NCBI GenBank assembly: GCA_043801965.1
Contig: JAZDLN010000029.1
Coordinates: forward strand, 1,587 to 65,586
Source: Candidatus Falkowbacteria bacterium
GTDB lineage: Bacteria > Patescibacteriota > Patescibacteriia > Patescibacteriales > UBA12075
DNA: 64,000 nt
Direction of reading: 5' to 3'
Shown here: positions 34,209 through 44,629 of the stretch, piece after piece
Numbering within the stretch: position 1 is the stretch's first letter
Layout: the number at the start of each line of letters is the position of its first letter
The notes under the pieces: model-generated
Databases searched by the model: none
Seen by the model: the letters and a program-made list of their open reading frames with translations, nothing else
Told to the model about the DNA's origin: nothing
Program-made: the position numbers and the translations under genes

Positions 34209-35144
34209 TTATTTTTGCTTACGATTCTTAAGCATATTTTCCAGGATATAGCCGACGATTCGCGGATTTTCCTTAAACCGCCTCAGGGAATAACCGTACC
34301 ATTTGACTCCGAAAGCAATATAAACCGATCCACGATTACCGTTTTTGATAAGGTTGTAAAGAGGGGGATCTTCCACGCCCAATAACATCTGGAATTCGCA
34401 TCTTTTTTGCGCTTCGTATTTTTTAATCAGCTGGCGGGCTTCGCTTATCCGGGCGGAATCGTGCGTGGCTATGCCGACAAAAGAGCCGACGGAAAACAAA
34501 CTATCCAGAAGCATATAGTAATTCTGATTGATAAGCGGCATTTCTTTAATGGCTATGGCAAGCGCTTCATTGTAGATTCCCTTGCATAGACGGATATGGG
34601 GAGCGCCATAATGGACGTTCTTCCTGATGTAGCATATATCGGATAAACTGCGCCGCAGATACGCCTGAAGCGCCATACCGACAAGATCGCCGAACTCCCA
34701 TTGGGCCTCCAGGTAAAAATCGATCGTTGCGGAAGTGGTGGATGAATTCTCCATGTCTATCCAGGTAAAGATTTTTTTCTCGGCAGCGGCCGCGATAACC
34801 TCGCGCATGGCTTCCCGGCTGAAATTAGGATCGAAGCGCAATCCGAAATTAGTCGGCTTAATGGCGATACCAGCCCTTAAGTTCTCTGAATTTATGGCAC
34901 GGATGATGTTCTTGTATATCCTGATATTTTCTTCAACTTCACGTTTGTCCCGAGCTTCTTCGCCCAGGTGGTCAATCGTGGCTTCAGCTCCGCGCGTGTT
35001 AACCGCCTTTGTCCGCCTGACAGCGTCGTCAATCGTCGGTCCGGCGACATAATTTTTAGCCACGAGCGGATATATCAGGGGTTTAACCAATGACTCCGGC
35101 AAAATCTCCAGGGAAGCCGTTATCATGCGATTGAATAGTTTCAT
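34209..35144 (-). CDS. Proline dehydrogenase family protein (monofunctional PutA-like)
   Basis: VAGPTIDDAV...TIDHLGEE...IAIKPTNFGL...WIDMENS...ALQAYLRRS...IRLCKGIY...IATHD follows the Pro_dh pattern. Confidence 0.75.
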   Translation of the reverse strand: MKLFNRMITASLEILPESLVKPLIYPLVAKNYVAGPTIDDAVRRTKAVNTRGAEATIDHLGEEARDKREVEENIRIYKNIIRAINSENLRAGIAIKPTNFGLRFDPNFSREAMREVIAAAAEKKIFTWIDMENSSTTSATIDFYLEAQWEFGDLVGMALQAYLRRSLSDICYIRKNVHYGAPHIRLCKGIYNEALAIAIKEMPLINQNYYMLLDSLFSVGSFVGIATHDSARISEARQLIKKYEAQKRCEFQMLLGVEDPPLYNLIKNGNRGSVYIAFGVKWYGYSLRRFKENPRIVGYILENMLKNRKQK

Positions 35145-35415
35145 TTAGTCCTCCCCGCGAACGCGAAAACCGTTTTTATCCTGGCCTTTTATTTTAAAGT
35201 GCCTACGTAGTTTACTGTTTTAATGTTAGCGCCCGGAAATAATTCTGTCAATTTGAAATGCAAATCGCCAAATAAAAAAGCGCCTCTCCTTAAAGCGCTT
35301 GACTTATGAGTTACAGGCCGACAAGCCCTAATATAAAAAGGATCTTATTATAATTTATCTTATCTTCACTTTATATTATAACCGTTATAAAGTCAATATC
35401 ACCTGGTACGACAAA

Positions 35416-37218
35416 TCACGCGTTAATGAAATCTTCGGAGTCTTTCTTCGCCATGATCTCGTCTATGTACTTAAGGGAAATATCTTTTTGATCGATTCCG
35501 CCTTTTAATTGCTCTTCTCTGACCGCCTCCAGGATCTCTCTTATGCGGGGACCGGGTTCGAATCCCATTTTTAATAATTCGCCGCCGGTTACGATAGGGG
35601 GGATATTGCGCCCGCCAACGCTAAGCTTTTTTCTTAACTCGCTTATCCGGGCGGCAAAATAGTCGACGTTTTCAGTACCCGGCGCGCCTTTCTCCGGGAT
35701 CGATCCCAGAGAATCGGCGCGGGCGAGAGTGATCAGGTCATCCGTCAAATCGTCCGATTTTAAAAACTTTTTCTCGAGCGTACTATTCTTCATGGACCTG
35801 ACGTTGTCCAGGATCGGCTCCATGTGGTTTTGAACCAGCCAAAGCACGTCTTCTTTCAGGTTCTTTTTTAGCCTGAACCTGTCGGCCAGGCGTTCCGTTA
35901 ATACGGCGCTTTGACGATTATGGCCCTTAAAGGAAACGCCGCCATCCTCGTTCTTTTTCCATGTTTCAATCTTTCCCAAGTCATGGCAAATAGCGGCTAA
36001 CTTAACCTTAAAGGACGTGTCCGGCGGCAGATTTCGTAGAACCATCATGGTGTGGCGAAAAACATCCCCCTCCCGATGATGTTCAGGGGATTGAGTTATA
36101 CCCTTGAGTCGGGCCACTTCCGGCAATACTACGTCCAGGCCTCCGGTTTCATCCATAATCTCGATAAATTTAACCGGGTCCGCGTTTATCGCTTTCATTA
36201 TTTCCGAGCCCATCGCTTCTTTGGCAACAGCCATCCGGGCTTTATTCTGCGTTTTATCCCAAAATACCTGGAGGCAAAGAGGAAGATTGTCCGTTCTTAT
36301 TCCGAACTCAGCGCGGATATCTTCTTCCAGGGCTTTTATTTTTTTAAGCTTCTCCGGCTCATTCCCGTAAATTTCCGCCGAACCCCTGGATGCCGGCCGG
36401 AAAATTTTCCTGATTATTCTTTTTAGGTCCGGCTCTATGTCCGCGCCGAAAACGCAGGCGAAACGGATGGCGCGAAAACAGCGCGACATATCTTCTTTAA
36501 GTATCCTCTCCGGATTTCCGACAGCCCTGATGCGCCCCTTTATAATATCTTCGATGCCGCCGTGTTGGTCCGCTATTTCTCCGTTTAAAAGATTGACGGC
36601 AATCGCGTTAATCGTCAGATCGCGCCTTTTTAAGTCTTCCGTGATCGGCAAGTTCGGATCGGTAATGGAAACGGCGTCATTTTTAATACCGCTAACGCCG
36701 GATCTTCCGGCCTCGGTATAATCGTCTAGGCGAGGATAGCCGATATCAATAAGCTCTTCCGATTCGGAGTCGCGCGGCAGGAATTTTATGATTCCGTAAG
36801 TTTCTTTAAGGAGTTTTTCTTTTTCTTCGCGTGATAGCGCTGAAAAATCGGCATTAGGGTTCTTGTCGAAAACGACCCTGCCGTAACGGGATAAAATTTC
36901 AACGGCCACGACCGGATCAATCCGGTTAATAAGCAAGTCAACATCTTTTGATTTACGTCCCAAAATCGCGTCGCGGACCGAACCGCCGACAAGATAAATC
37001 CCGGCTTCGGGATTTTCTCTTTTAAGTTCCCTTAAAAATTCCAGTTCTTTTTTACTGGCAATTTCCCGAGATAAGGATTTAATATTTCCTTCGATTTTCG
37101 TCCGGTCGTAAATACCCATTTCCCGGGAACTTCGATTAATCGATCCCGCCATCTCGTCTTCCCAGACCTTTAAGTGGCTATCGGCCCTTTTTTGATAATT
37201 TGATTTTTCTATACTCAT
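35416..37218 (-). CDS. cca: CCA-adding enzyme / poly(A) polymerase-family tRNA nucleotidyltransferase with HD domain
   Basis: YLVGGSVRDAILGRKSKDVDLLI (GGxVRD...DxD), RRDLTINAIA, and HD domain HHREGDVFRHT...CHDLGK. Confidence 0.85.
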   Translation of the reverse strand: MSIEKSNYQKRADSHLKVWEDEMAGSINRSSREMGIYDRTKIEGNIKSLSREIASKKELEFLRELKRENPEAGIYLVGGSVRDAILGRKSKDVDLLINRIDPVVAVEILSRYGRVVFDKNPNADFSALSREEKEKLLKETYGIIKFLPRDSESEELIDIGYPRLDDYTEAGRSGVSGIKNDAVSITDPNLPITEDLKRRDLTINAIAVNLLNGEIADQHGGIEDIIKGRIRAVGNPERILKEDMSRCFRAIRFACVFGADIEPDLKRIIRKIFRPASRGSAEIYGNEPEKLKKIKALEEDIRAEFGIRTDNLPLCLQVFWDKTQNKARMAVAKEAMGSEIMKAINADPVKFIEIMDETGGLDVVLPEVARLKGITQSPEHHREGDVFRHTMMVLRNLPPDTSFKVKLAAICHDLGKIETWKKNEDGGVSFKGHNRQSAVLTERLADRFRLKKNLKEDVLWLVQNHMEPILDNVRSMKNSTLEKKFLKSDDLTDDLITLARADSLGSIPEKGAPGTENVDYFAARISELRKKLSVGGRNIPPIVTGGELLKMGFEPGPRIREILEAVREEQLKGGIDQKDISLKYIDEIMAKKDSEDFINA

Positions 37219-37398
37219 ACAAAACCAGTTACTTTACCTAAATCATAGCTTATTATAGTGAATTTTTCAAGAAAAAAGGTAAACCCTGACAAAATATTGT
37301 TTGGCATATTTATAATACATTTTTTTTGTCTTCGTAATATGTTATAATAATTCTATAATACAAGGTAACGTTTACCTTATTTTTTAGTAGTAAAAATT

Positions 37399-40092
37399 AT
37401 GCGACGCAGAAAAAGAAGTATCATGGATTACATTTCCTTGCCCCGCCTACCTGAGCTGGAGCTTGATCCGGATACGAAAAAGGGTATTTTTATCGTATTG
37501 ATCATGGCCTTAGGCGCCTTGGGAGCCTTAAGCCTTTTTGATCTGGCCGGTCTTTTGGGAATATACCTGAAAATCGGCTTGGTCTCCCTTTTTGGTTGGG
37601 GAAAATGGCTTATTCCGGTAATTCTCATGGGCTGGGGGTATATGCTTTATGACGAAGAGAGATTCGAGATCCGAGGCGGAAATTATCTCGGTTTATTTGT
37701 TTTTGTCCTGTCTTTTCATACCTTGCTTTTTTTGTTCGTGGAAACGGATCAATGGACGATCGGTCTCAAGGAGGGCTTTGGCGGAGGTTATGTCGGTTAT
37801 TATCTGGCCGGAATATTATTGAAACTTATGGGATTTATCGCCGCGTTTTTAGTATCTATCGTCTTGTTGGTGATTTCCTTATTGCTTTTATTCAATACTA
37901 CCCTGGTTGGCCTTTTCGGCCGGGAAAGTTTAATCGCTAAACTGCTTTATCCGCTTAACTTTTTATTATTTAAATTATTCGGATCAAGGGAGAAAGAGGG
38001 GGATGAAGAAGAGGAAGAAGGTAAAGAAGAAGACGAAGAAGACGAAGAAGAGGAAGAAGGTGAAGAAGAAGATGAAGAAGAAGATGATGATGATGAAGAA
38101 GAAGAAGAGAAAGAGGGCGAAGAAGAGGAAGAGGATGATGACGAGGAAGAGAAAGAGGGCGAAGAAGAGGAAGAGGAGGAAGAGGAACCCGCTTCCTTTA
38201 AAGCCGCGCCCCTTAAAAACAGCGGGGCTGATGACGTATGGTGGAAACCCACTAATATAGAAATGAACATACCCCTGAGTCTTCTTGATAATAAAAAAGA
38301 AAAACCGACCAGCGGCAATATCAATGAAAACAAAGACATCATCCAAAAAGCTCTTAAAAATTTCGGCATTACCGTGGACATGGGCGAGGTAAGCGTCGGA
38401 CCGACGGTCACGCAATACACCTTCCGTCCGGCAGAAGGCGTCAAGTTGTCGCGTATCACGAATTTATCGAACGACCTGGCGCTCGCGCTGGCCGCGCACC
38501 CCATCCGTATCGAGGCGCCGATACCCGGCCGCCACTTAGTCGGCGTAGAGGTGCCGAACCAGGCGAAAGCGATCGTTTCCTTAAAAGAGATTCTCTCCGC
38601 TAAAGCCTACAAAGAAAGAAAAAATAATTTAATGCTGGCCCTGGGCAAAGACGTCGCCGGAAGTTCCTGGCTTGATGACATCACGAAGATGCCGCATCTT
38701 CTGGTGGCCGGCGCGACCAATTCCGGAAAATCAGTGTGCTTAAACACCATCATAGTGAGCCTGATGTTCCAGAATAATCCGGATAATCTTCGATTTATCA
38801 TGGTCGATCCTAAACGCGTCGAATTGCCGATGTACAACGGAATCCCTTATTTATTGACCGAAGTTATCACGGAGGTGCCGAAAACGATTAACGCCCTTAA
38901 GTGGTGCATAAACGAAATGGACCGTCGTTTCGATATTCTCGCGAAACACGGCAAGAGGAATATCCAAGGTTATAACGAAAGCGCCACCGTTAAAATGCCA
39001 TATATAATCTTTATCATCGACGAGTTGGCCGACCTTATGGTCGCGGCCGCCCGCGATATCGAGGCCGGCGTGATCCGTTTGGCGCAAATGGCCCGGGCGG
39101 TGGGCATCCACCTGGTCCTGGCCACCCAGCGTCCGAGCGTGGACGTTATTACCGGCCTTATCAAGGCTAACATGCCTGCCCGGGTCGCTTTTTCAGTTGC
39201 CTCCGGCACGGATTCGCGGACGATTCTCGATTCCCTGGGCGCGGAAAAACTTCTGGGACGAGGCGACATGCTTTTCCTTAACTCCGAATTATCCAAGCCG
39301 GTCCGCTTGCAGGGAGCGTATGTAAGCGATAATGAAATAAAAAAGATCGTGGCTTACGTAAAGAAAAAAGCCAACCTCACCAACTACGTGGACAGTATTA
39401 CTGATAAACAGAACGCGCATGGCGCGGGCGGTTTTGGTTTTGACGGCAATGAGGGCGATGATGACATGCTCCACGAGGCCAGGGACATCATAATAAACAT
39501 GGGCAAAGCCTCCGCTTCCCTCCTGCAACGCAAATTACGCATCGGTTACGCCCGGGCCGCCAGTATTTTAGACCAGCTGGAGAAGATCGGCGTGGTTGGT
39601 CCTGTTAACGGCGCCAAACCGCGCGAGATCCTTATAACCAAAGAACAATACGCCGCCATGGAAAGCCGCGGGGTTTCCGGGGTCGCTCTCCATAACCGCG
39701 CGGAGGCGCAGGTACCGGATAACTACTTAGACGGCGACAACGAAGACGAGGATGATGAGGGCCGCGATGACGTCGTTTTCAAGGAAGATGAGGAAGAGGC
39801 GGAAGAGGAAAATGAAAATAATGACGAAAACGAAGAGGAGGATCGGGAATCAAAGGAAGATGAAGAAGAAGATGAAGAAAACAATGAAGACGAAAACGAA
39901 GAAGACGGCGACGATGATAATGATGACGAGGATGATAAAAACGATGAAAACGGCGACGAAGGCGAAAACGATGAAAAAGAAGAGAAAAAAGACGAGGAGG
40001 ATAAACAGAGCGCCGGAAAGGAAGCGAAAAAAAATAACCGCCAAAAAACAGCCGCTAAAATCGATGACTTTGAAAAATTATTTTCCCGCTGA
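37399..40092 (+). CDS. ftsK: DNA translocase FtsK/SpoIIIE with poly-acidic linker and acidic C-terminal tail
   Basis: Four N-terminal TM helices. Motor domain LLVAGATNSGKSVCLN (Walker A), IIFIIDELADL (Walker B), ATQRPSVDVITG. Gamma winged-helix SASLLQRKLRIGYARAASILDQLE. E/D runs lie at 37990-38190 and 39730-40030. Confidence 0.9.
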   Translation: MRRRKRSIMDYISLPRLPELELDPDTKKGIFIVLIMALGALGALSLFDLAGLLGIYLKIGLVSLFGWGKWLIPVILMGWGYMLYDEERFEIRGGNYLGLFVFVLSFHTLLFLFVETDQWTIGLKEGFGGGYVGYYLAGILLKLMGFIAAFLVSIVLLVISLLLLFNTTLVGLFGRESLIAKLLYPLNFLLFKLFGSREKEGDEEEEEGKEEDEEDEEEEEGEEEDEEEDDDDEEEEEKEGEEEEEDDDEEEKEGEEEEEEEEEPASFKAAPLKNSGADDVWWKPTNIEMNIPLSLLDNKKEKPTSGNINENKDIIQKALKNFGITVDMGEVSVGPTVTQYTFRPAEGVKLSRITNLSNDLALALAAHPIRIEAPIPGRHLVGVEVPNQAKAIVSLKEILSAKAYKERKNNLMLALGKDVAGSSWLDDITKMPHLLVAGATNSGKSVCLNTIIVSLMFQNNPDNLRFIMVDPKRVELPMYNGIPYLLTEVITEVPKTINALKWCINEMDRRFDILAKHGKRNIQGYNESATVKMPYIIFIIDELADLMVAAARDIEAGVIRLAQMARAVGIHLVLATQRPSVDVITGLIKANMPARVAFSVASGTDSRTILDSLGAEKLLGRGDMLFLNSELSKPVRLQGAYVSDNEIKKIVAYVKKKANLTNYVDSITDKQNAHGAGGFGFDGNEGDDDMLHEARDIIINMGKASASLLQRKLRIGYARAASILDQLEKIGVVGPVNGAKPREILITKEQYAAMESRGVSGVALHNRAEAQVPDNYLDGDNEDEDDEGRDDVVFKEDEEEAEEENENNDENEEEDRESKEDEEEDEENNEDENEEDGDDDNDDEDDKNDENGDEGENDEKEEKKDEEDKQSAGKEAKKNNRQKTAAKIDDFEKLFSR
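37990..38190 (+). repeat. GAA/GAG/GAT-rich low-complexity coding repeat (poly-Glu/Asp linker of FtsK)
   Basis: Near-continuous purine-rich triplets encode EGDEEEEEGKEEDEEDEEEEEGEEEDEEEDDDDEEEEEKEGEEEEEDDDEEEKEGEEEEEEEEE. Confidence 0.9.
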
Positions 40093-40233
40093 CTATTGAC
40101 AATTAGAATATTTTGTCTAAAATAAAAACATACTTAAAGTTCAACCGTGAAGCGACTTTTAATGCTTCTCTAACTTGCGTAATCCGCGATTCGTAGATTC
40201 TCTTATAATTCGCGGATTCGCATCATAATAAAT

Positions 40234-40878
40234 ATGTTCATAACCTGGCTCGGACACTCCTGTTTTAAAATCCAAAACAAGGTCGGTCCTGACGGCATAA
40301 CGATCACCACTGACCCGTTCGATAAATCGACCGGACTAAAAGTTCCTAGTTTCGAATCGGACATCGTTACGGTAAGCCACGATCATGCCGATCACAACAA
40401 CGTAAAGGCCTTGCGCGGCACCCCTTTTATAATCGACCAGGCCGGGGAATATGACGTAAAAGGCATTACCATTGCCGGCGCCGAATCCGATCATGACGAT
40501 AAACGGGGAAAAGAAAGAGGAAAAAACATAATCTTCCGCATCGAGGTTGATGATATTTCCGTGTCCCACCTTGGCGACCTGGGGCATATTCTTGACAGTA
40601 AGCAACTTGATCTTATGGTTGGCACCGACATATTGCTTATTCCGGTAGGTGGAATTTACACGATTAACGCGAAAACGGCGGTTGAAATAGTAAGCCAGAT
40701 CGAGCCCAGAATAATCATACCGATGCATTATGCTTTGCCCGGACTTTCAATGAAGCTTGATGGCGTCGATAAATTTATTAAGGAAATGGGACTTAAACCT
40801 ACCTACGAAGATAAACTGAAAATAACTAAAAAAGAATTGCCACAGGAAGACGTGGAATTGGTCATACTAAAACCGTAA
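40234..40878 (+). CDS. MBL-fold metal-dependent hydrolase (UPF0173-like)
   Basis: MFITWLGHSCFKIQ...VTVSHDHADHNN... Confidence 0.75.
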   Translation: MFITWLGHSCFKIQNKVGPDGITITTDPFDKSTGLKVPSFESDIVTVSHDHADHNNVKALRGTPFIIDQAGEYDVKGITIAGAESDHDDKRGKERGKNIIFRIEVDDISVSHLGDLGHILDSKQLDLMVGTDILLIPVGGIYTINAKTAVEIVSQIEPRIIIPMHYALPGLSMKLDGVDKFIKEMGLKPTYEDKLKITKKELPQEDVELVILKP

Positions 40879-40889
40879 GAATATCAAAT

Positions 40890-40924
40890 AAAAAAAGACG
40901 GAGATTTCTCCGTCTTTTTTTATT
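40890..40924. terminator. Bidirectional intrinsic terminator
   Basis: A7, AGACGGAGA-TT-TCTCCGTCT, then a T-run. Confidence 0.75.
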
Positions 40925-41218
40925 TTTTCACTTAATTTAATTTGTTGTAGGCATAAATTCCCACAATGACGGCGACAAAAATTATGCCGAAAATAAAATA
41001 ATTTACCAGACTCATATAAATATAAATATTAAGTCAAACCTCTCTTTACTATTATAGTTTTTTTTCGCTTTTTTGGCAATTCAAAGACTAAATTTTGACT
41101 TATTTCAAATAATTTTTACGCATTTTTAATACTTTACTTTTTTCCATTTTTTTGGTACAATAAAACCATATTTCACACTATTTGGGGGTGATTTTTCTTT
41201 AATAATAAAAATTTAAAT

Positions 41219-41845
41219 ATGCCCGCCAAAACTAAAAAAACCATTCATAAGGCCGTTCAGGCCGGACATAAAAAAACGGTAAAAACCAAGCACGCCCTGA
41301 AGATCAAGGTTAAAAAGCCGCCGGTGAAAAAAATCGAACCCAACCCGACGACGTCTTCGCTTTTAACGGATAACGATTTAATTAAAGAAGCGATTACATC
41401 AAAAAATATACCGACGGAACCTAAACCAAGCGTTATACTGTCTGAAAATATTGAAAAGGACAAGAATCTTATACTTTGGAGCGGGGTTATTTTTTTCATG
41501 ATCCTTATCGCTTTCTTTTGGGTCCGCAACACTGGCCGGATATTCCGGGAAACAGCATCCATGAACGATGGAGCCGAAGCCGCGATTTTAACCGAGTGGC
41601 AAACGGCCACCAAAGAAATAGCGGAAAAAATGAATGAACTGAAAGCTGATCTCGAAACCATTAAAACGGTTGATCCTTCCGGCAACGGAGAAGATGCGGC
41701 CATTCCTAATCTTGAAAACGAAGAGGCGTTTGCCACCACCACGGTCCGCGCCACCACAACGGATATCGATATAAAGGCCGCCGAAGAAGAAATTAAAAAA
41801 TTAAAAACCAGACTGGAAGAATTGGAAGGAAAGATGCAACAATAA
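41219..41845 (+). CDS. Lys-rich N-terminus / single-TM / coiled-coil hypothetical protein
   Basis: KKTIHKAVQAGHKKTVKTKHALKIKVKKPPVKK, the TM segment LILWSGVIFFMILIAFFWV, and a C-terminal EEEIKKLKTRLEELEGK. Confidence 0.55.
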   Translation: MPAKTKKTIHKAVQAGHKKTVKTKHALKIKVKKPPVKKIEPNPTTSSLLTDNDLIKEAITSKNIPTEPKPSVILSENIEKDKNLILWSGVIFFMILIAFFWVRNTGRIFRETASMNDGAEAAILTEWQTATKEIAEKMNELKADLETIKTVDPSGNGEDAAIPNLENEEAFATTTVRATTTDIDIKAAEEEIKKLKTRLEELEGKMQQ

Positions 41846-41882
41846 TCATCCCTGTTTTAATTATTAATATTACTAAAATAAA

Positions 41883-44552
41883 ATGGCTAAAATCAAGAAA
41901 ACCGCTCCTAAGGCGGCTAAAGATAAAAAAAACCCAAAAAAACCCGAAGTAAAAATTAGTAAAAAACCGGATAGTAAAACAGACAAAGAACTGGAAGAAT
42001 CGAAAAAAACCGACGCCAAAGAGCCGGAAGCCGAAAAACAAAAAAATTCCGAATCGGCTCCTTCGGCTGAAACTAAAAATCTTATAGTGAGCGAAAGACA
42101 GCAGACCTCCTACGGAATCGTCGAGCCCCTGCCCATTTCCGCGGAAATGAGCCGGTCATATCTCGATTACGCGATGAGCGTGATCGTCTCCCGCGCCCTC
42201 CCTGACGCGCGCGACGGCTTAAAGCCGGTGCATCGCCGGATACTTTACGCGATGTGGTCGATAGGCCTCAGGGCCGGCGGCAAATTCCGCAAATCAGCCA
42301 CTGTGGTCGGAGAAGTCTTGGGTAAATATCATCCGCACGGCGATACGGCCGTTTATGATTCAATGGCCCGCATGGCCCAGGATTTCGCCTTGCGCTACCC
42401 GCTCGTACGCGGCCAGGGAAACTTCGGTTCAATGGACGGGGATCGGCCGGCGGCCATGCGTTATACGGAAGCGAAAATGTCCCCTATTTCGGAAGATTTG
42501 CTTTTCGATATCGAAAAAGCCACGGTCGATTTTGTGCCTAATTTCGACGGTTCACACAAAGAGCCGTTAGTTATGCCGGCTAAACTGCCGAATCTGCTCT
42601 TGAACGGCACGGTTGGAATCGCGGTGGGCATGTCCACGAATATCCCGCCCCACAACCTGCGCGAGCTTACCGCCGCGATTAACCATTTAATCGACAATCC
42701 GGACGCGACCGCCGAAGACCTGACGAGATTCGTCAAGGGTCCCGACTTTCCGACCGGCGGCATAATTTACAACCAAAAGGATATCATGCAAACCTACGCC
42801 ACCGGCAAGGGCGGAATCGTCGTCCGCGGCAAGGCGGACATAATCGAGGACGCGGGCGGTAAATTCAGGATCGAGATCACGGAAATACCTTACCAGGTGA
42901 ACAAGTCGGTTCTGGTTGAAAAAATCGCGGATCTTATAAAAAACAAGAAACTGGAGGGGATTAAGGATCTGCGCGACGAATCCGATAAAGAGGGCGTCCG
43001 GATAGTGATAGAGCTTAAAAAAGACGCTTATCCGAAAAAGATCCTTAATGGTTTATATAAACATACGCAGCTTCAGGAAACTTTCCACGTGAACATCCTG
43101 GCCTTAGTGGATGGACTTCAGCCGAAAGTGCTTACCCTTAAGATGGCTCTGGAAGAATACGTAAAGCACCGTGAGGTTGTGGTTCGCCGCCGGACCCAAT
43201 TCGACCTTAACAAGGCCCGTGAACGCGCCCACATACTCGAGGGCTTGATGATCGCCTTAAATAAGATAGACGCGGTCATTAAAACCATAAAAGCTAGCAA
43301 GGACAGGGAAACGGCCAAAATAAACCTCATTAAGCAATTTAAATTGTCGGAAAAACAGGTAATCGCGATCCTTGACATGAAACTTTCAACGCTGGCGAAC
43401 CTCGAAAGATTGAAGATAGAAACAGAACTGAAAGAAAAGAAAAGAATAATCAAGGAGCTTGAGGAAATCTTAAAATCCAAAACTAAAATAAAGAACATAA
43501 TCAAGGATGAGGTCGCAAAATTAGGTGAAAAGTACGGCGACGACAGAAGAACGCTGGTGGTTCCCCACGGCGTCAGTGATTTCTCAGTCGAAGACCTGGT
43601 GCCTAATGAAGAGGCCGTGGTATTTATGACCCGGGACGGCTACATAAAACGGATGACTCCGGATACTTTTAAAGTTCAGGGACGGGGAGGTAAGGGCGTG
43701 ATCGGCCTTACGACCAAAGAAGAGGATATGGTCGAATTCATGTTCACCACCCAGACTCATTCCGATATTCTTTTTTTCACGACCCGCGGACGGGCTTTCC
43801 AGTTGAAGGCCTATGAAATACCGGCGTCCACGCGGACGGCCAAGGGACAGGCGATCGTGAATTTCCTGCAGCTGGCCGGCGGTGAAAAAGTAACTTCAAC
43901 CCTGCCTCTGGATAAATTAACCGAAAGCGCTTATCTTTTCTTTACCACGGAAAAAGGGTTGGTCAAAAAAGTCGCTCTGAGCTCTTTCTCTAATGTCCGC
44001 CGTTCCGGTTTGATCGCGATAAAAATAAAAAATGACGATAAGCTTATCTGGGCGAAACCGACCAGCGGCTCCGACCAGATCCAGCTAATCACGGCCGGAG
44101 GCCAGGCGGTTCGCTTTAAAGAAAAGGATGTCCGCGATATGGGACGAGGCGCCGCCGGCGTGCGCGGAATAAGGCTTAAGGGAAGCGATTCGGTCGTCGG
44201 CATGGGGGTCATACGAAGCGACAAAGAATTCGAGAAAAAATACCAGATATTATCTATAATGGAACAGGGATTCGGCAAGCGCACCCCCTTGGATCACTAT
44301 AAGCTGCAAGGTCGTGGCGGGTCCGGCATAAAGACCGCCAAAGTAACGACTAAGACTGGCAAGCTGGTAAACGCCTATGTCGTCAATACGGATTATATGA
44401 ACGAACGCGACATAGTGATCATCTCGGAAAAAGGCCAGGTGATCCGATTGCCCTTCTCTACGGTCAACGAATCGGGACGAGACACGCAAGGCGTGCGCCT
44501 GATGCGCTTCAAGGATCAAGGGGATCGCGTGGCCTGCGTAACGTGGATTTAA
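41883..44552 (+). CDS. gyrA: DNA gyrase subunit A with a ~80-aa K/E-rich N-terminal extension
   Basis: [45 protein letters not shown], the catalytic-Tyr region [10 protein letters not shown], and C-terminal beta-pinwheel repeats. Confidence 0.95.
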   Translation: MAKIKKTAPKAAKDKKNPKKPEVKISKKPDSKTDKELEESKKTDAKEPEAEKQKNSESAPSAETKNLIVSERQQTSYGIVEPLPISAEMSRSYLDYAMSVIVSRALPDARDGLKPVHRRILYAMWSIGLRAGGKFRKSATVVGEVLGKYHPHGDTAVYDSMARMAQDFALRYPLVRGQGNFGSMDGDRPAAMRYTEAKMSPISEDLLFDIEKATVDFVPNFDGSHKEPLVMPAKLPNLLLNGTVGIAVGMSTNIPPHNLRELTAAINHLIDNPDATAEDLTRFVKGPDFPTGGIIYNQKDIMQTYATGKGGIVVRGKADIIEDAGGKFRIEITEIPYQVNKSVLVEKIADLIKNKKLEGIKDLRDESDKEGVRIVIELKKDAYPKKILNGLYKHTQLQETFHVNILALVDGLQPKVLTLKMALEEYVKHREVVVRRRTQFDLNKARERAHILEGLMIALNKIDAVIKTIKASKDRETAKINLIKQFKLSEKQVIAILDMKLSTLANLERLKIETELKEKKRIIKELEEILKSKTKIKNIIKDEVAKLGEKYGDDRRTLVVPHGVSDFSVEDLVPNEEAVVFMTRDGYIKRMTPDTFKVQGRGGKGVIGLTTKEEDMVEFMFTTQTHSDILFFTTRGRAFQLKAYEIPASTRTAKGQAIVNFLQLAGGEKVTSTLPLDKLTESAYLFFTTEKGLVKKVALSSFSNVRRSGLIAIKIKNDDKLIWAKPTSGSDQIQLITAGGQAVRFKEKDVRDMGRGAAGVRGIRLKGSDSVVGMGVIRSDKEFEKKYQILSIMEQGFGKRTPLDHYKLQGRGGSGIKTAKVTTKTGKLVNAYVVNTDYMNERDIVIISEKGQVIRLPFSTVNESGRDTQGVRLMRFKDQGDRVACVTWI

Positions 44553-44585
44553 TGAATTCTAACTAAATATTTCGTATTAACATAA

Positions 44586-44613
44586 AGAACCGGGTTCTAC
44601 CCGGTTCTTTTTT
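44586..44613. terminator. Intrinsic terminator between convergent gyrA and the 384-aa ORF
   Basis: AGAACCGGGT-TCT-ACCCGGTTCT followed by T6. Confidence 0.75.
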
Positions 44614-44629
44614 ATGATGTGTGTTTTAA

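Noticed and set aside
37362-37385. Small hairpin AAGGTAA-CGT-TTACCTT + T-run 20 nt upstream of ftsK, as a regulatory attenuator
   Set aside because: The stem is only 7 bp and AT-rich, in an AT-rich divergent promoter region. That is too weak to distinguish from chance, so it is noted only.
37947-38504. Long antisense and out-of-frame ORFs over the FtsK acidic linker (poly-Ser 185 aa, 143 aa, 85 aa poly-Lys)
   Set aside because: They are artefacts of the GAA/GAG triplet repeat read in other frames or on the other strand. They are nested inside a well-supported ftsK frame.
37990-40030. Repetitive DNA as a possible CRISPR array or tandem-repeat locus
   Set aside because: There is no repeat-spacer periodicity. 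The repeats are in-frame codon-level low complexity within ftsK. No cas genes are in the window.
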